In this document: positions 1-15,000 of the stretch, piece by piece
Numbering within the stretch: the stretch's first letter is position 1
Layout of the letters: the number at the start of each line of letters is the position of its first letter
Assembly: GCF_009914755.1 (NCBI RefSeq)
Contig: NC_060945.1
DNA from: the human T2T-CHM13v2.0 reference genome, Homo sapiens
DNA length: 64,000 nucleotides
Strand: one strand, 5' to 3'
Made by a program: the position numbers and the translations under genes
The notes under the pieces: generated by a model
What the model saw: only the letters and a program-made list of their open reading frames with translations
Database searches by the model: none
Told to the model about the DNA's origin: nothing

Positions 1-3000
1 GAGTCCATTCCATTTCAGTACATTCCATTTGACTCCATTCCATTCCGTTCCATTCCACTCCATTCCTATCCATTCCATTCCGCTCCATTCCAATCCATTC
101 CATTTGATTCCATTCCATTCAATTCCAGTCCAATCCATTCCAGGACAATCCACTCCACTCTACTCCACTCAGTTCAATTTAATTCATTCCCATTCCATTC
201 CTTTCCACTCCATTACATTCCATTCCACTCCTCTCCACTCCATTCCTCTCCACTCCACTCCAATTCACTGCATTCCATTGGATTCCTTTCAATACCATTC
301 GATTCCATTCCATTTGATTCCATTCCATTCTATTCCCTTCCGTTTGATTCCATTCCATTCCAGTCCATTCCATTCGATTCCATTCCATTCAATTCCATTC
401 CATTTCATTCCATTCGATTCCTTTCATTTCCATTACATCCCATTCCATTCCATTCCTGTCCATTCCATTCCTTTCCATTCCATTGCATTCCATTGCATTG
501 CATTCCATTCCATTCCATTCCATTCCTTTTGATTCAATTGCACTCCATTCCTTTCCATTCCGTTCCATTTGATTCCATTCCATTCCATTCCTTTCGACTC
601 CATTCCATTCGAGTCCATTCCATTCAATTCCATTCCATTCATTTCCATTCCATTCCATTAGATTCTATTGCATTCCATTCCTTTCCATTCCATTCCGTTC
701 TAGTACATTCCATTCTGTTGCATTCCATTCCTTTCCAATAGAATCCTTTCCATTGGTATCAATTCCATTCGAGTCCATTCCATTTCAGTCCATTCCTTTT
801 GACTGCATTCCATTCCATTCCATTCCATTCTTATCCATTCCATTTGATTACATTCCACTCCAATCCATTCCAGTACATTCCACTCCAATCCACTCCACTC
901 CTCTCAGATCAATTCCATTCCTTCTCATTTCATTACTTTCCACTCAATTCCACTCCATTCTACTTCACTCCATTCCATTTCACTGCATTCTACTGCACTC
1001 CACTTCATCGCATTCCATTGGATTCCATTCAATGCCATTCGATTCCATTCCATTCGATTCCATTCCATTCAACTCCCTTACATTTTATTCCGTTTCATTC
1101 CTGTCCATTCCATTCGATTCCATTCCATTTGATTCCATTCCGTTAGATCCCATTCCATTCGATTCCATTCCATTCGATCCCATTCCATTCCATTCCTTTT
1201 GATTGCATTCTATTCCATTCCATTCCATTCCATTCCATTCCTGTCCATTCCATACAATTCATGTCCGTTCCATTCCATTTGATTCCATTTGATTGCATCA
1301 CATTCAATTCCATTCCATTCCACTCGATTCCTTTCCATTCGATTCAATTCCATTCCATTCCATTCCATTGAACTCCATTCCATTGCAATCCATTCCATTC
1401 CATTCCATTGTTTTCCATTCCTTTCCTTTCCATTCCATTCGATTCTATTCCATTCGAGTCCATTCCATTCAATTCCATTCCATTTGTTTCCTTTCCATTC
1501 CATTCTGTCTTGTTGTATTCATTTCGATTCCATAACTTTCCATTCCAGTGCATTCCATTCCACTCCACTCCCCTCCACTGAATTCAATTCTATTCCTTCC
1601 CATTCCATTAAATTCCACTCCATTCCACTCCACTCTACTCCATTCAATTCCATTCCACCCCATTCCATTCCACTCCATTCCACTCCACTCCTCTCCACTT
1701 CACCGTATTCCATTTGTTTCCAATTGATGACATTCAATTCCGTTCAATTCAATTCCATTCCATTCGTTTCTATTCCTTTCGATCACATTCAATTCGATTC
1801 CATTCCATTCGATTCCATTCCTTGTGATTCCATTCCATTCCATCATATTCCATTTGATTCCATTTCATTTGATTCCATTCCATCTGATTCGATTACATTC
1901 TATTCCATTCCATTCCATTCCATTCCATTCCATTCCATTTCATTCCATTTCATTATGTTCGATTCCATTTCATTCGAGTCCATTCCATTCGAGTCCATTT
2001 CATTCAGGTCCATTGCTTTCCTGTCCATTCCATTTGACTCCATTCCGTTCCAGTCCATTCTATTCGAGTCCATTACATTCCATTCCTTTGCATTCTATTC
2101 CATTCCACTCCACTCCACTCCTTTCCCCTCCACTCTGCTCCGTTCCATTCCTTTCCATTTTATTTGGGTCCATTGCATTCCTGTCCATTCCATTCCATTC
2201 CATTCCACTCCACTCCACTCCATCCTACCCCAAACCAGTCCATTCCATTCCACTCCTTTCCACTCCATTTTACTCCATTCCATTTGATTCCATTCCATTC
2301 CATTGCATTCCATTCCACTCAAATTTAATCCACTCTTTTCAATACCATTCCTTCTCATTCCCTTCCATTCTACTCCATTCCATTCAACTCCACTCCAGTA
2401 TATTCAATTCCATTCCACACCATTCTATTCCACTCCATTCCACTGCACTCATCTCCAGTTCATTGCATTCTTTTGGATTCCATTTGATGACATTTGATTG
2501 AATTCATTTCAATTCCATTCCCCTCAATACCATTACATTCAATCCCATCCCCTTCAATTCCATTGCATTCGATTCCAATCCAATCCATTCCATTAAACTC
2601 CATTCCACTCCACTCCACTCCACTCGACTCCACTCCACTCCTCTCCACTCCACTCCATTCGATTCTAATCCATTCCATTCCTTTCCTTTATTTCGAGTGG
2701 ATCTCACTCTGTCACCCAGACTGGAGTGCAGTGGCACAATCTTAGCTCACATTTCACTTCACCATTCCATTCCATTTCATTTCATTCCATTCCATTCCAT
2801 TCCCTTTCATTTCATTCCATTCCATTCCATTCCCTTCCATTCCATTCCCTTTCATTTCATTCCATTCCATTCCATTCCCTTCCATTCCATTCCATTCCCT
2901 TTCATTCCCTTCCATTCCATTCCATTCCATTCCATTTTCTTACATTCCATTACATTCTATTCCATTCCTCTCCACTCCACTCCAGTAAACTAAACTTCAT

Positions 3001-6000
3001 TCCATTCCATTCCACTAAACTCCATTACATTCCAATCCATTCGACTTGATTCTACTAAATTCCATTCCATGCCATTCCATTCCACTCCATTCCATTCCAT
3101 TCCATTCCATTACATTACATTACATCCTGTCCAGTCCATTCTAGTCCTTTGCATTCCATTGCATTCTATTCTGCTTCACTCCACTACACTCCACACCTTT
3201 CCATTCCAATCCACTACAATCCTTTCCATTCTACTCCTCTCCACTACACTCCTTTTATCTCCATTCCTTTCTATTCCTTTCCATTCCTTTCCTTTCCATT
3301 CCATTCCATTCCACTGCATTCCATTACACTCCATTCCATTCCACTGCAATCCATTCAATTACATTCCTTCGCATTCCATTCCATTCGAATCCATTCCACT
3401 CCACTCCATTCAATTCCATTCCAACCAATTCCATTCCACTCCATTCCACTCCACTGCACTCCACTTCACCACATTCCAATCGTTTCCATTCCATTCGATT
3501 ACATTCAATTTATTCCATTCCATTTGATTCGATTGCATTCCATTCCATTCCAATGGATTCCATTCCTTTCCAAACTTTTCCATTCTATTCCAATCCATTT
3601 GATTCCATTCCATCTGATTCCAGTCCTTTCAAGTCCATTCCATTCGAGTCCATTCCATTTGAGTCCTTTCCATTCGACTCCATTCTATTCAAATCCACTC
3701 CATTCCACTCCACTAAACTCCATTCCACTACAGTCCACCCCAATTCACTACACTCCGCTCCAATCCACTCCACTCCATTCCATTCCTTTACACTGCACTC
3801 CATTCCATTCCAATTCTTTCCACTCGATTCCACTAAATTCCATTCAATTCCATTCAGTTCCATTCCATTCCATTCCATTCCATTCCTGTCCATTCCATTC
3901 CATTCCACTGCATACCATTCCACTCCAGTCCACTCCACTCCACGCCATTCAATTACATTCCTTCCCATTCCATTCCATTCCATTCCACTGCATACCATTC
4001 CACTCCTGTCCACTCCACTCCACGCCATTCAATTACATTCCTTCCCATTCCATTCCATTCCACTCCATTCCTCTCCATTCCACTCCATTCAATTCCATTC
4101 CACCCAATCCCATTCCACTCCATTCCACCCCCCTCATCTTCATTTCACCACATTCCAATCAATTCCATTCCATTCGATTCCATTCAATTCGATTCCCTTT
4201 GATTCCATTCCATTCCATTCCATTCCATTCCAATTGCTTCTATTCCTTTCAAAACCATTCCATTCTATTCGAATCCATTCTACTGCATTCCATCTGATTC
4301 CAGTCCTGTCAATATTATTCCATTCGAGTCCATTCCATTCGAGCCCTTTCCGTTCAAGTCCATTTCATTCCACTCCATTCCACTCTACTCCAATCCATTC
4401 CACTCCACTCCCCTCCTTTCCACTCCAATCCATTCCATTCCATTCCACTTCATTCCATTCCATTCCACTCCATTCCATTCCATTCCAATTCACTCCATTC
4501 CATTTCATTCCCCTCCATTCCACTCCATTCCATTCCATTCCAACCCACTCCATTCCATTCCACTGCACTCCACCCCACTCAACTCCATTCCAGCCCATTC
4601 CACTCCACACCATTCCACTTCACCACCTTCCATTCTATTCCATTTGAGGCCATTGTTTTCCATTCCATTCGTTTCCATTCCATTCAAGTCCATTCCATCC
4701 AACTCCATTCCATTCGAGTCAATTCCATTCGAATCCATTACATCCGTGTCCATTCTCTTTGATACCATTCAATTACAGTTCATTCCATTCCAGTTCATTC
4801 CATGCCAGTCCATTCCACTACATTCCTTTCCACTCCATTCCATTCCATTCCAATCCACTCTACTTCACTCCACTCCACTCCACACAATTCCATTCCATTC
4901 CATTTTGCCACATTTCATTTCTTTCCATTCCATTGCATTCCATTCCAGTCCATGCCATTCCTCTCCTTTCAATTCCATTACTTCCCATTCCATTCCATTC
5001 CACTCCATTCCACTCATCTCCACTCCATTTCACCGCATTCCATTTGAATCTATTCGATGCCATTCGATTCCATTCCATTCAATTCCATTCCCTTTGATTC
5101 CATTTCGTTAGATTCCACTCCATTTGATTCCATTCCATTCCATTCTGTTCCATTCGACTCCATTCAATTCGATTCCATTCCATTCGATTCAATTCTATTC
5201 TATTCAATTCCCTTCCACTCCTCTCCGCTCCACTCCTCTTCACTCCTTTCCATTCCATTCCATTGCATTCCATTAAACTCCACTCCACTTTACCGAATTC
5301 CGCTAGATTCCATTCCATTCAATTCCATTCCATTCAAGTCCATTCCATTTGAGTTCATTCCATTCCATTCCATTCCATTCCACTCCACACCACTCCACTG
5401 TACTCGACTCCACTCCATTCCATTCCACTCCATGCCATTCAAAATACCATTCCATTCCACAACAATCCACTCCATTCCACTACACTCCATTCCACTACAC
5501 TCCACTCCACACCACTCCACTCCATTGCACTCCACTCAATTCCACTCCATTTAATTCCATTTCATTCTATTGCATTCCATTCCACTCCTCTCCACTCCAT
5601 TCAATTCCATTCCTTCCCATTCCATTACATTCCACTCCATTCCTCTCCATTCCATTCCACTACTCTCCATTCCATTCACTTCCATTCCACCCCATTAAAT
5701 TCCACTCCATTCCACTAAACTCCCCTCCACTTCACAGATTCCATTCGATTCCATTTGATGCCTTTCGATTCCATTCAATGTGATTCCATTCCATATGATT
5801 CTATTCCATTGGATTCCATTCGATTCCATTCCATTCCACTGCTCTGCACTCCACTCCACTCCACTCCACTCCATTACTCTCCATTCCTTTCCATTCCATT
5901 CCATACCATACCATTCCATTCCATTCCAATCAACTCCACTCCACTCTGTTCAGTTACATTTTTTCGCATTTCATTCCATTCCACCCCATTCCATTCCACT

Positions 6001-9000
6001 CCAATCCACTCCACACCACTCCATTTCACTGCATGCCATTTTATTGCATTCAATGCCATTCGATTCCATTTCATTCGTTTCCATTCCTTTCAATTCAATT
6101 CCCTGCAATTCCATTCCATTCAATTCCATTCCATTTGGTACCATTCCTTTCCACTCCACTCCAATCCATTCCTCTCCACTCTATTCCATTCTATTCCATT
6201 CCAATCCATTCCATTCCAATCAACAACACTCTAGTCCACTCCATTCTATTCCACTGAATTGTATCCCACTCCACTCTACTCCACTCCACTCTATTGAATT
6301 CCATTCCATGGCACTCCACTCTACTCCACAATACTCCACTCCGTTCAAATCCATTCCTCCACTTTCCATTCCGTTCCAATCCATTCCACTCCACTCCACT
6401 GCACTGCATTCAATTCCATTCCACCCCTTTCCTTTCCATTCCATTCCACTTCAGTGCACTGCAATCCACTTTACCGCATTCCTTTCAATACCATTTCATT
6501 CTATTCCATTCCATTCGATTCCATTCCCTTTGATTCTATTATTTTCTATTCCATTTCATTTGATTCCATTCCATTCCATTCCACTCCACTCCATTGCATT
6601 CCCCTCCACCCCTTTCCATTCTATTCCATTCCATTCCATTCCATTCCACTCCATTCCATTCCATTTCATTCCACTCCATTTGATTCCATTCAATTCCACT
6701 CCATTCCATTCAAATTCATTCCACTCCATTCCACTCCATTCAATTGCATTCCATTTCATTCAATTCCATTCCATTCCATTCCCTTTCACTACACTACACT
6801 CCGTTATATTCCTTTCTGTCTCATTCCATTCTTTCCCATTCCATTCCATTCCACTTCATTCACCTTCACTCTTCTAAAGTCCGTTCAGTTCCATTCCACC
6901 CTATTCCATTTCACTCCATTCCACTACTCTGCACTCCAGTGGACCGCATTCCATTCGATTCCATTCGATGCCATTCGAATCCATTCCATTTAATTCCACT
7001 CCGTTCTATTCCACTCCGTTCGTTTCCATTCCATTCGATTCCATTGCATTCAATTCCATTAAATTTGATTCTGTTCCATTCTAGTCCATTCCATTCGAGT
7101 CAATTTCATTCCATTCCATTCGATTATACTGCACTCCACTCTACTCCTCTGGATTCCACTCCATTCAATACCGTCTCATTCCATTCCATTCCATTCCATT
7201 CCATTCCATTCCATTCCATTCCATTTCCTTCCATACCACTCCATTCCATTCCACCCCACTCCACTCCACTCCACTGCACTCCAAAACACTGAGTTACATT
7301 CAACTCCACTGCATTCCAATCCATTCCATTCTATTCCACTCCACTCCACTCAAATCCACTCCATTCCACTCCATTCCATTCCATTCCATTCCATGCCATT
7401 CCATTCCACTCCACTGCACTCCACTCCACACAGTTCAATTACATTTTTTCCCATTGCATTTCATTGAACCGCATTCCATTCCAATCTATTCCACTCCACT
7501 CCACTCCACTCCTCTCCACTTCACCACATGCCTTTCGATTCCTTTCAATACCATTCAATTCCATTCCATTCATTTCCATTCCTTTCGATTCCATTCCACT
7601 CAATTCCATTCTTTGGATTCCATTCAATTCCATTACATTACATTCGATTCCATTCCTTTTGATTCCTTCCCTTTCCACTGTACTGCACTCCATTCCACTC
7701 CACTCCATTTCCTTCCATTCCACTCCAATCCATTCCATTCCATTCCACTCCAGTCCACTCCACTGCATTCCATTGATTTGCATTCCACTCCACTCTATTC
7801 CAACCCATTCCATTGCACTCCACTCCACTCCACAACACTCCACTCCATTCAATTCCATTCCTTCCCATTCCATTCCATACCACTCCATTGCTCTCCACTC
7901 CACAGCATTCCATTAAATTTCATTCCACCTCATTCCTTTCCAATCCATTCCACTGCAGTGCCCTCCACTCCACTGCATTCCATTCGATTCCATTTCATTC
8001 AATTCCATTCCCTTCGATTCTATTCCATTCCATTCCATTCCATTCATTTCCATTCCATTCCACTCCACTCAATTCCACTCCATTCCATTCCATTCCACTC
8101 CACTCCATTCATTCCATTCCATTCCATACCATTCCATTCCATTTAAATTCATTTGATTCCATTGCATTCCACTCCATTCTATTCAACTCCATCCCACTCC
8201 ATTCCACTCCATTCAATTACATTACATTTCATTCGATTCGATTCCATTCCATTCCATTCCATTCCCTTTCACTCCACTGCACTGTTAAATTCCTTCCCGT
8301 CCCCTTCCATTCTTTCCCATTCCATTCCATTCCACTTCATTCCACTCCACTGCACTCCAGTGAACCACATTCCGTTCGATTCCATTCAATGCCATTCCAT
8401 TCCATTCCATTCGATTCCACTCCATTCTATTCCATTCCATTCAATTCCATTCCATTCGATTCCATTGCATTCAATTCCATTAAATTTGATTCCGTTCCAT
8501 TCAAGTCCATTCCATTCGATTCTATTTCATTCCATTCCATTCCATTCCATTCCATTCCATTCCATTATACTGCACTCCACCCCACTCCTCTGGACACCAC
8601 TCCATTCAATAACATTCCGTTCCATTCCATTCCATTCCATTTCCTGCCATACCCCTCCATTCCATTCCAGTCCACTCCACTCCACTCCACTGCACTCCAA
8701 TCCACTCCATTACATTCCACTCCACTCCGTTCCACTCCATTCCATTTTATTCCACTCAAATCCACTCCACTTCACTCCAATCCACTCCATTCCACTCCAT
8801 TCCATTCCAATCCAATCCAATCCACTCTACAGTGTTCAATTACATTTTTCCCATTGCATTTCACTCCCCCCATTCCATTCCACTCCACTTCGCCGCATGC
8901 CATTCGATTCCTTTCAATGTCATTTGATTCCATTCCATTCATTTCCATTTCTTTCAATTCCATTCCACTCGATTCCATTCCTTTTGATTCCATTCCCTTC

Positions 9001-12000
9001 CTTTCCATTCCATTCGATTCCATTCCATTTGATTCCATTCCTTTCCACTGCACTCCACTTATTTCCACTCCACTCCATTCCATTCCATTCCACTCCAATC
9101 CATTCCATTCCATACCACTCCACTCCACTCCACTCCATTCCATTGAATTGCATTCCACTACACTGTACTCCACTCCACACGATTCCATCCCTTTCCATTG
9201 CACTCCACTCCACTCCATAACACTCCACTCCATTCAATTCCTTTCCTTCCCATTCCTTTCCATTCCAATCCATTCCACTCCACTCCATTGTGCTCCATTC
9301 ACTTCCATTCAAACCCATTTCTTTCCAATCCATTCCACTACAGTGCCCTCCACTCCACTTTATCACATTCCATTAGATTCCATTTCATTCAATTGCATTC
9401 CAATAAATTCCGTTCCCTTTGATTCTATTCCGTTCAATTCCATTCCATTCGATTCCATTCAATTCCATTCCATTCCACTCCACTCCACTCCACTCCATTC
9501 CGCTCCATTCCTTTCCATTTCATTCCACTCCACTCCATTCCATTCCATTCCATTCCACTCTATTCCATTCCACTCCATTCCACTCCATTCGATTCCTTTC
9601 CATTCCACTCCATTCCATTGAACTCCATTCCACTCCTTTCAATTGCATTCCATTTCATTTGATTCCATTCCATTCCATTGTCTTCTACTCCACTCCACTC
9701 CATTCAATTCCTTTCCGTCTGATTCCATTCCTTCCCATTCCATCCCGTTCCACTCCATTTCACTCCACTTCTTTCCACTCCATTCAGTTCCATTCCACCC
9801 CATTCCATTCCACTCCATCCCACTCCCCTGCAATCAAGTGGACCGCATTCCATTGGATACCATTCGATGCCATTCAATTCAAATCCATTCGATTCCACTC
9901 CATTCTATTCCATTCCGTTAGATTCCGTTCCATTCAATTCCATTTCATTCAATTCCAATAAATTTGATTCCGTTCCTTTCGAGTCCATACCATTCGAGTC
10001 ATCTGTTTCATTCCATTCCATTCCATTCCGTTCCATTCTACTGCACTCCACTCCATTCCTCTGGAATCCACTCCATTCAATACCATTCCATTCCATTCCA
10101 CTTCATTCCATTCCATTTCATTCCATACCACTTCATTGCATTCCATTCCACTCCACTCCACTGCACTCCACTCCATTCTATTCTACTGCATGCCATTCCA
10201 CTCCATTGCATTTTTTCCACTGCAACGCACTCCACTCCACTCCATTCCATTCCATTCCTCTCCATTCCACTCCACTCCATTCCACTCCACTCCATTCCAC
10301 TCCATTTCATTCCATTCCATTCAATTCAATTTCATTCCATTGCATTCCATTCCACTCCACTCCACTCCATTCCATTCCACTCCACTCCACTCCATTCCAT
10401 TCCACTCCACTCCACTCCATTCACTTCCATTCCATCCCATTAAATTCCACTCCATTCCACTACACTCTACTCCACTTCACAGATTCCATTTAATTCCATT
10501 TAATGCCATTCGATTCCATTCATTGTGGTTCCATTCCATACGATTCTATTCCATTCAAGTCCATTACATTCCATTCCTTTCCACTCCACTACACTCCACT
10601 CAACTCCAATCCACCCCATTACACTCCATTCCTTTCCATTCAATTCCATTCCATTGCATTCCAATCGTTTCCACTCGACTCCACTCCACTCTGTTCAGTT
10701 ACATTTTTTCACATTCCATTCCTTTCCACTCCAATCCACGTCACACCACTCCAGTTCACCGTCTGCCATTTAATTGCATTCAATGCCATTCGATACCATT
10801 CCATTCGTTTCCATTCCTTTCGATTCAATTCCCAGTGAATCCATTCCATTCCATTCCATTCAATTCGATTCCATTCCATTCGATTCCATTCCATTTGATT
10901 CCATTCCTTTCCACTCCTCTCCACTCCATTCCTCTCCATTCCATTCCAATCCATTCCATTCCATTCCACTACACTCCACTTCACTCCATACCATTCCATT
11001 GAATTTCATCCCACTCCACTCTACTCCACTCTACTCTATTCTATTCCATTCCATTGCACTCAACTACACTCCACAACACTGCACTCCGTTCAATTCCATT
11101 CCTTCCCATTTCATTCCATTCCACTCCATTCCACTCCACTCCACCGCACTCCTTTCAATTCCATTCAACCCCATTCCTTTGCACTCCTTTCAACTCCTGT
11201 ACACTCCAATCCACTTTACCACATTCCTTTCGATTCCATTTTGATTCCATTCCATTAGATTCCATTCCTTCAATTCCATTCCATTCAATTCCATTTCATT
11301 CGATTCCATTCCATTCCATTCCATTCCTTTCCATTCCATTCCATTCCATTCCACTCCACTCCACTCCATTCCATTGCATTCCATTCCATTCCACTCCACT
11401 CCATTCCATTCCATTCCACTATATTCGATTCCATTCTATTCCACTCCATTCCATTCAAAACCATTCCAATCCTTTCCACTCCATTCAAGTGCATTCCATT
11501 TCATTAGATTCCATTCCATTCCGTTCCCTTTCACTCCACTCCACTTCATTGAATTCCTTTCCATCCCATTCCATTCTTTCCCATTCCATTCCATTCAACG
11601 CCATTCCACTCCACTCCACCGCACTCCATTCAATTCCATTCAACCCCTTTCCTTTGCACTCTATTCCACTCCAGTAAACTCCAATCCACTTTACCACATT
11701 CCTTTTGATTCATTTGATTTGATTCCATTCCATTCCATTCCCTTCGATTCCATTCCATTAAATTCCATATCATTTGATTCCATTCCATTCCATTCCATTC
11801 CACTCCACTTCACTTCATTGCATTCCATTCCATTCCACTCCGTTCGATTCCATTCCATTCCACTCCATTCCATTTAAATCCATTCCACTCATTTCCACTC
11901 CATTCAATTGCACTCCATTTCATTAGATTCCATTCCATTCCGTACCCTGTCACTCCACTCCACTCCGTTAAATTCCTTTCCATCCCATTCCATTCTTTCC

Positions 12001-15000
12001 CATTCCATTCCACTCCATTCCCCTTCGCTCCTCTCCAGTCCATTTAATTCCATTCCATCCCATTTCATTCCACTATATTCCACTCCACTGCTCTGCAGTG
12101 GACCGCATTCCATTCGATTGTATTTGATGCCATTCAATTCCATTCCATTCGATTCCACTACATTCTATTACATTCCATTCGATTCCATTCCATTTGATTC
12201 CATTGTGTTCAATTCCATTAAATTCGATTCGGTTCCATTCAAGTCCATTCCATTCGAGTCTATTTCATTCCTTTCCATTCCATTCCATTCCATTGCATTC
12301 CATTCAATTCCATTGTACTTCACTCCACTACACTCCTCTGGACTCCACTCCATTCAATAACATTCCATTCCATTCCATTCCATTCCATTTCCTTCCATAC
12401 CACTCAATTGCATTCCATTCCACTCCACGCCACTCCACTCTACTGCACTCCTATCCACTCCATTACATTCCACTCCACTCCAATCCACTTCATTCCCTTC
12501 TATTTCACTCCAATCCACTCCACCCCACTCCACTCCAATCCACTCCATTCCACTCCATTCCATTCCATTCCATTGCATTCCATTCCTTTCCATTCCGTTC
12601 CACTCCACTCCACTCCAGTCCACACTGTTCAGTTACATTTTTTCCCATTGCATTTTGTTCAACCCCATTACACTCCACTCCATTCCACTCCACTCCACTT
12701 CACTTCACCACATTCATTCGATTCCTTTCAATGCCATTCGATTCCATTCCATTCATTTCCGTTTCTTTTTATTCCTTTCCACTCAATTCCATTCCTTTGG
12801 ATTCCATTCAATTCCTTTCCATTCCATTCGATTCCATTCCATTTGATTCTATTCCTTTCCACTGCACTCCACTCCATTCCACTCCATTCCATTCCATTCC
12901 ATTCCACTCCAGTCCATTCCTTTCCACTCCACTCCAGTCCATTCCATTCCACTCCACTCCACTACTTTCCATTGAATTGTATTCCACTCCACTCTACTCC
13001 ACTCCACTCTATTCCATCCCATACCTTTGTACGCCACTCCACTCCACAGCACTCCACTCCGTTCAATTCCATTCTTTCCCATTCCATTCCATTCCACTCC
13101 ATTCCACTCCACTGCCCTGCACTCCATTCAATTCAATTCCATCCCATTCCTTTCCAATCCATTCCACTCCAGTGCCCTCCACTTCACTTTACCACATTCC
13201 ATTTGATTCTATTTAATTTGATTCCATTCCATTCAATTCCATTCCCTTCAATTCTATTCCATTCAATTCCATTCCATTCAATTCCATTTCATTTCACTCC
13301 ACTCCGCTATATTCCGCTCCATTCCGTTCCATTCCATTCCACTCCAATCCACTCCACTCCAATCCATTTCATTCCATTCCATTCCACTCCACTCCATTCC
13401 ATTCCATTTCATTCCATTCCATTCCATTCCACTCCACTCCATTCCATTCCATTCCATTCCATTCCATTCCATTCCATTCCATTCCATTACACTCCATTCG
13501 ATTCCATTCTATTCTGCTCCATTCCATTCAACTCCATTCATCTCCATTCCACTCCATTCAATTGCATTACATTACATTCGATTCCATTCCATTCCATTCC
13601 CTTCCACTCCACTCCTCTCTGTTCAATTCCTTTCCATCCCAATCCATTCCATCCCATTCCATTCCATGCCACTCCATTTCACTCCACTCCTTTCCACTCC
13701 ATTCAATTCCATTCCACCCCTTTCCATTCCATTCCGTTCCACTTCACTGCAATCAAGTGGACCGCATTCCATTGGATTCCGTTCGATGCCATTCGATTCC
13801 ATTCCATTCGATTCCACTCCATTCTATTCCATTCTGTTAGATTCCATTCCATTCGATTCCATTAAATCGATTCTGTTCCATTCGACTCCATTCCATTTGA
13901 CTATGTTTCATTCCATTCCATTCCATTCCATTCCATTCTATTCCATTCCATTCTTCTGCACTCCACTCCACTACCCTGGACTCCACTCCATTCAATACCA
14001 TTCCATTCCATTCCATTCCTTTCCATTCCACTCCATTGCATTCCACACCACTCCATTGCATTCCATTCCACTCCACTCCACTCCACTGCACTCCACTCCA
14101 CTCCATTCCATTCCATTCCATGCCATTCCACTCCATTCCGTTTCTTTCCACGGCAATCCACTCCACTCAACTCCACTCCCTTCTATTCCTTTCCACTCCA
14201 TTCCACTCCAATCCATTCCATTCCTCTGCCATCCCCTCCATTCCACTCCATTTCATTCCATTCTATTCGATTCAATTTAATTCCATTGCATTCCATTCCA
14301 CTACACTGCACTCCATTCCTTTCCTTCCCATTCCATTCCATTCCACTCCATTCCACTCCATTCCATTCTACTCCACACCACTCCATTCACTTCCATTCCA
14401 CCCCATTGAATACCACGCCTTTCCACTCTACTCCACTCCACTTCACCAGATTCCATTCAATTCCAATTGATGCTATTTGATTCCATTCCATGTGATACCA
14501 TTCCTTATGATTGTATTCCATTCGAGTCCATTCAATTCCATTCCACTCCACTCCACTCCTCTCCACTCCATTCCTTTCCATTCCATTCCACTCCACTCCA
14601 CTCCACACAGTTCAGTTACATTTTGTCACATTCCATTACATTCCACCTCATTCCATTCCTCTCCATTCCACTCCACACCTCTCCACTTCACCTCATGCCA
14701 TTCGATTCCATTCCATGACATTCGATACCATTTCATTCGTTTCCATTCCTTCCGTTTCTATTCCATTCGATTCCATTACTCTCCACTCCACTCCATTCAA
14801 CTCCACTTGATTCAATTCCATTCGCTTCCAATCCATTCCATTCCACTCCTCTCTTTTCCATTCCACTCCACTCCATTCTACTCTTTTCCATTCCATTCCA
14901 CTATATTCCATTCCACTCCACTCAACTCCGCTCCACTCCACTCTAATCCACAACACTCCATTCCATTCCATTCCATTCCATTGCATACTACTCCACTCCA

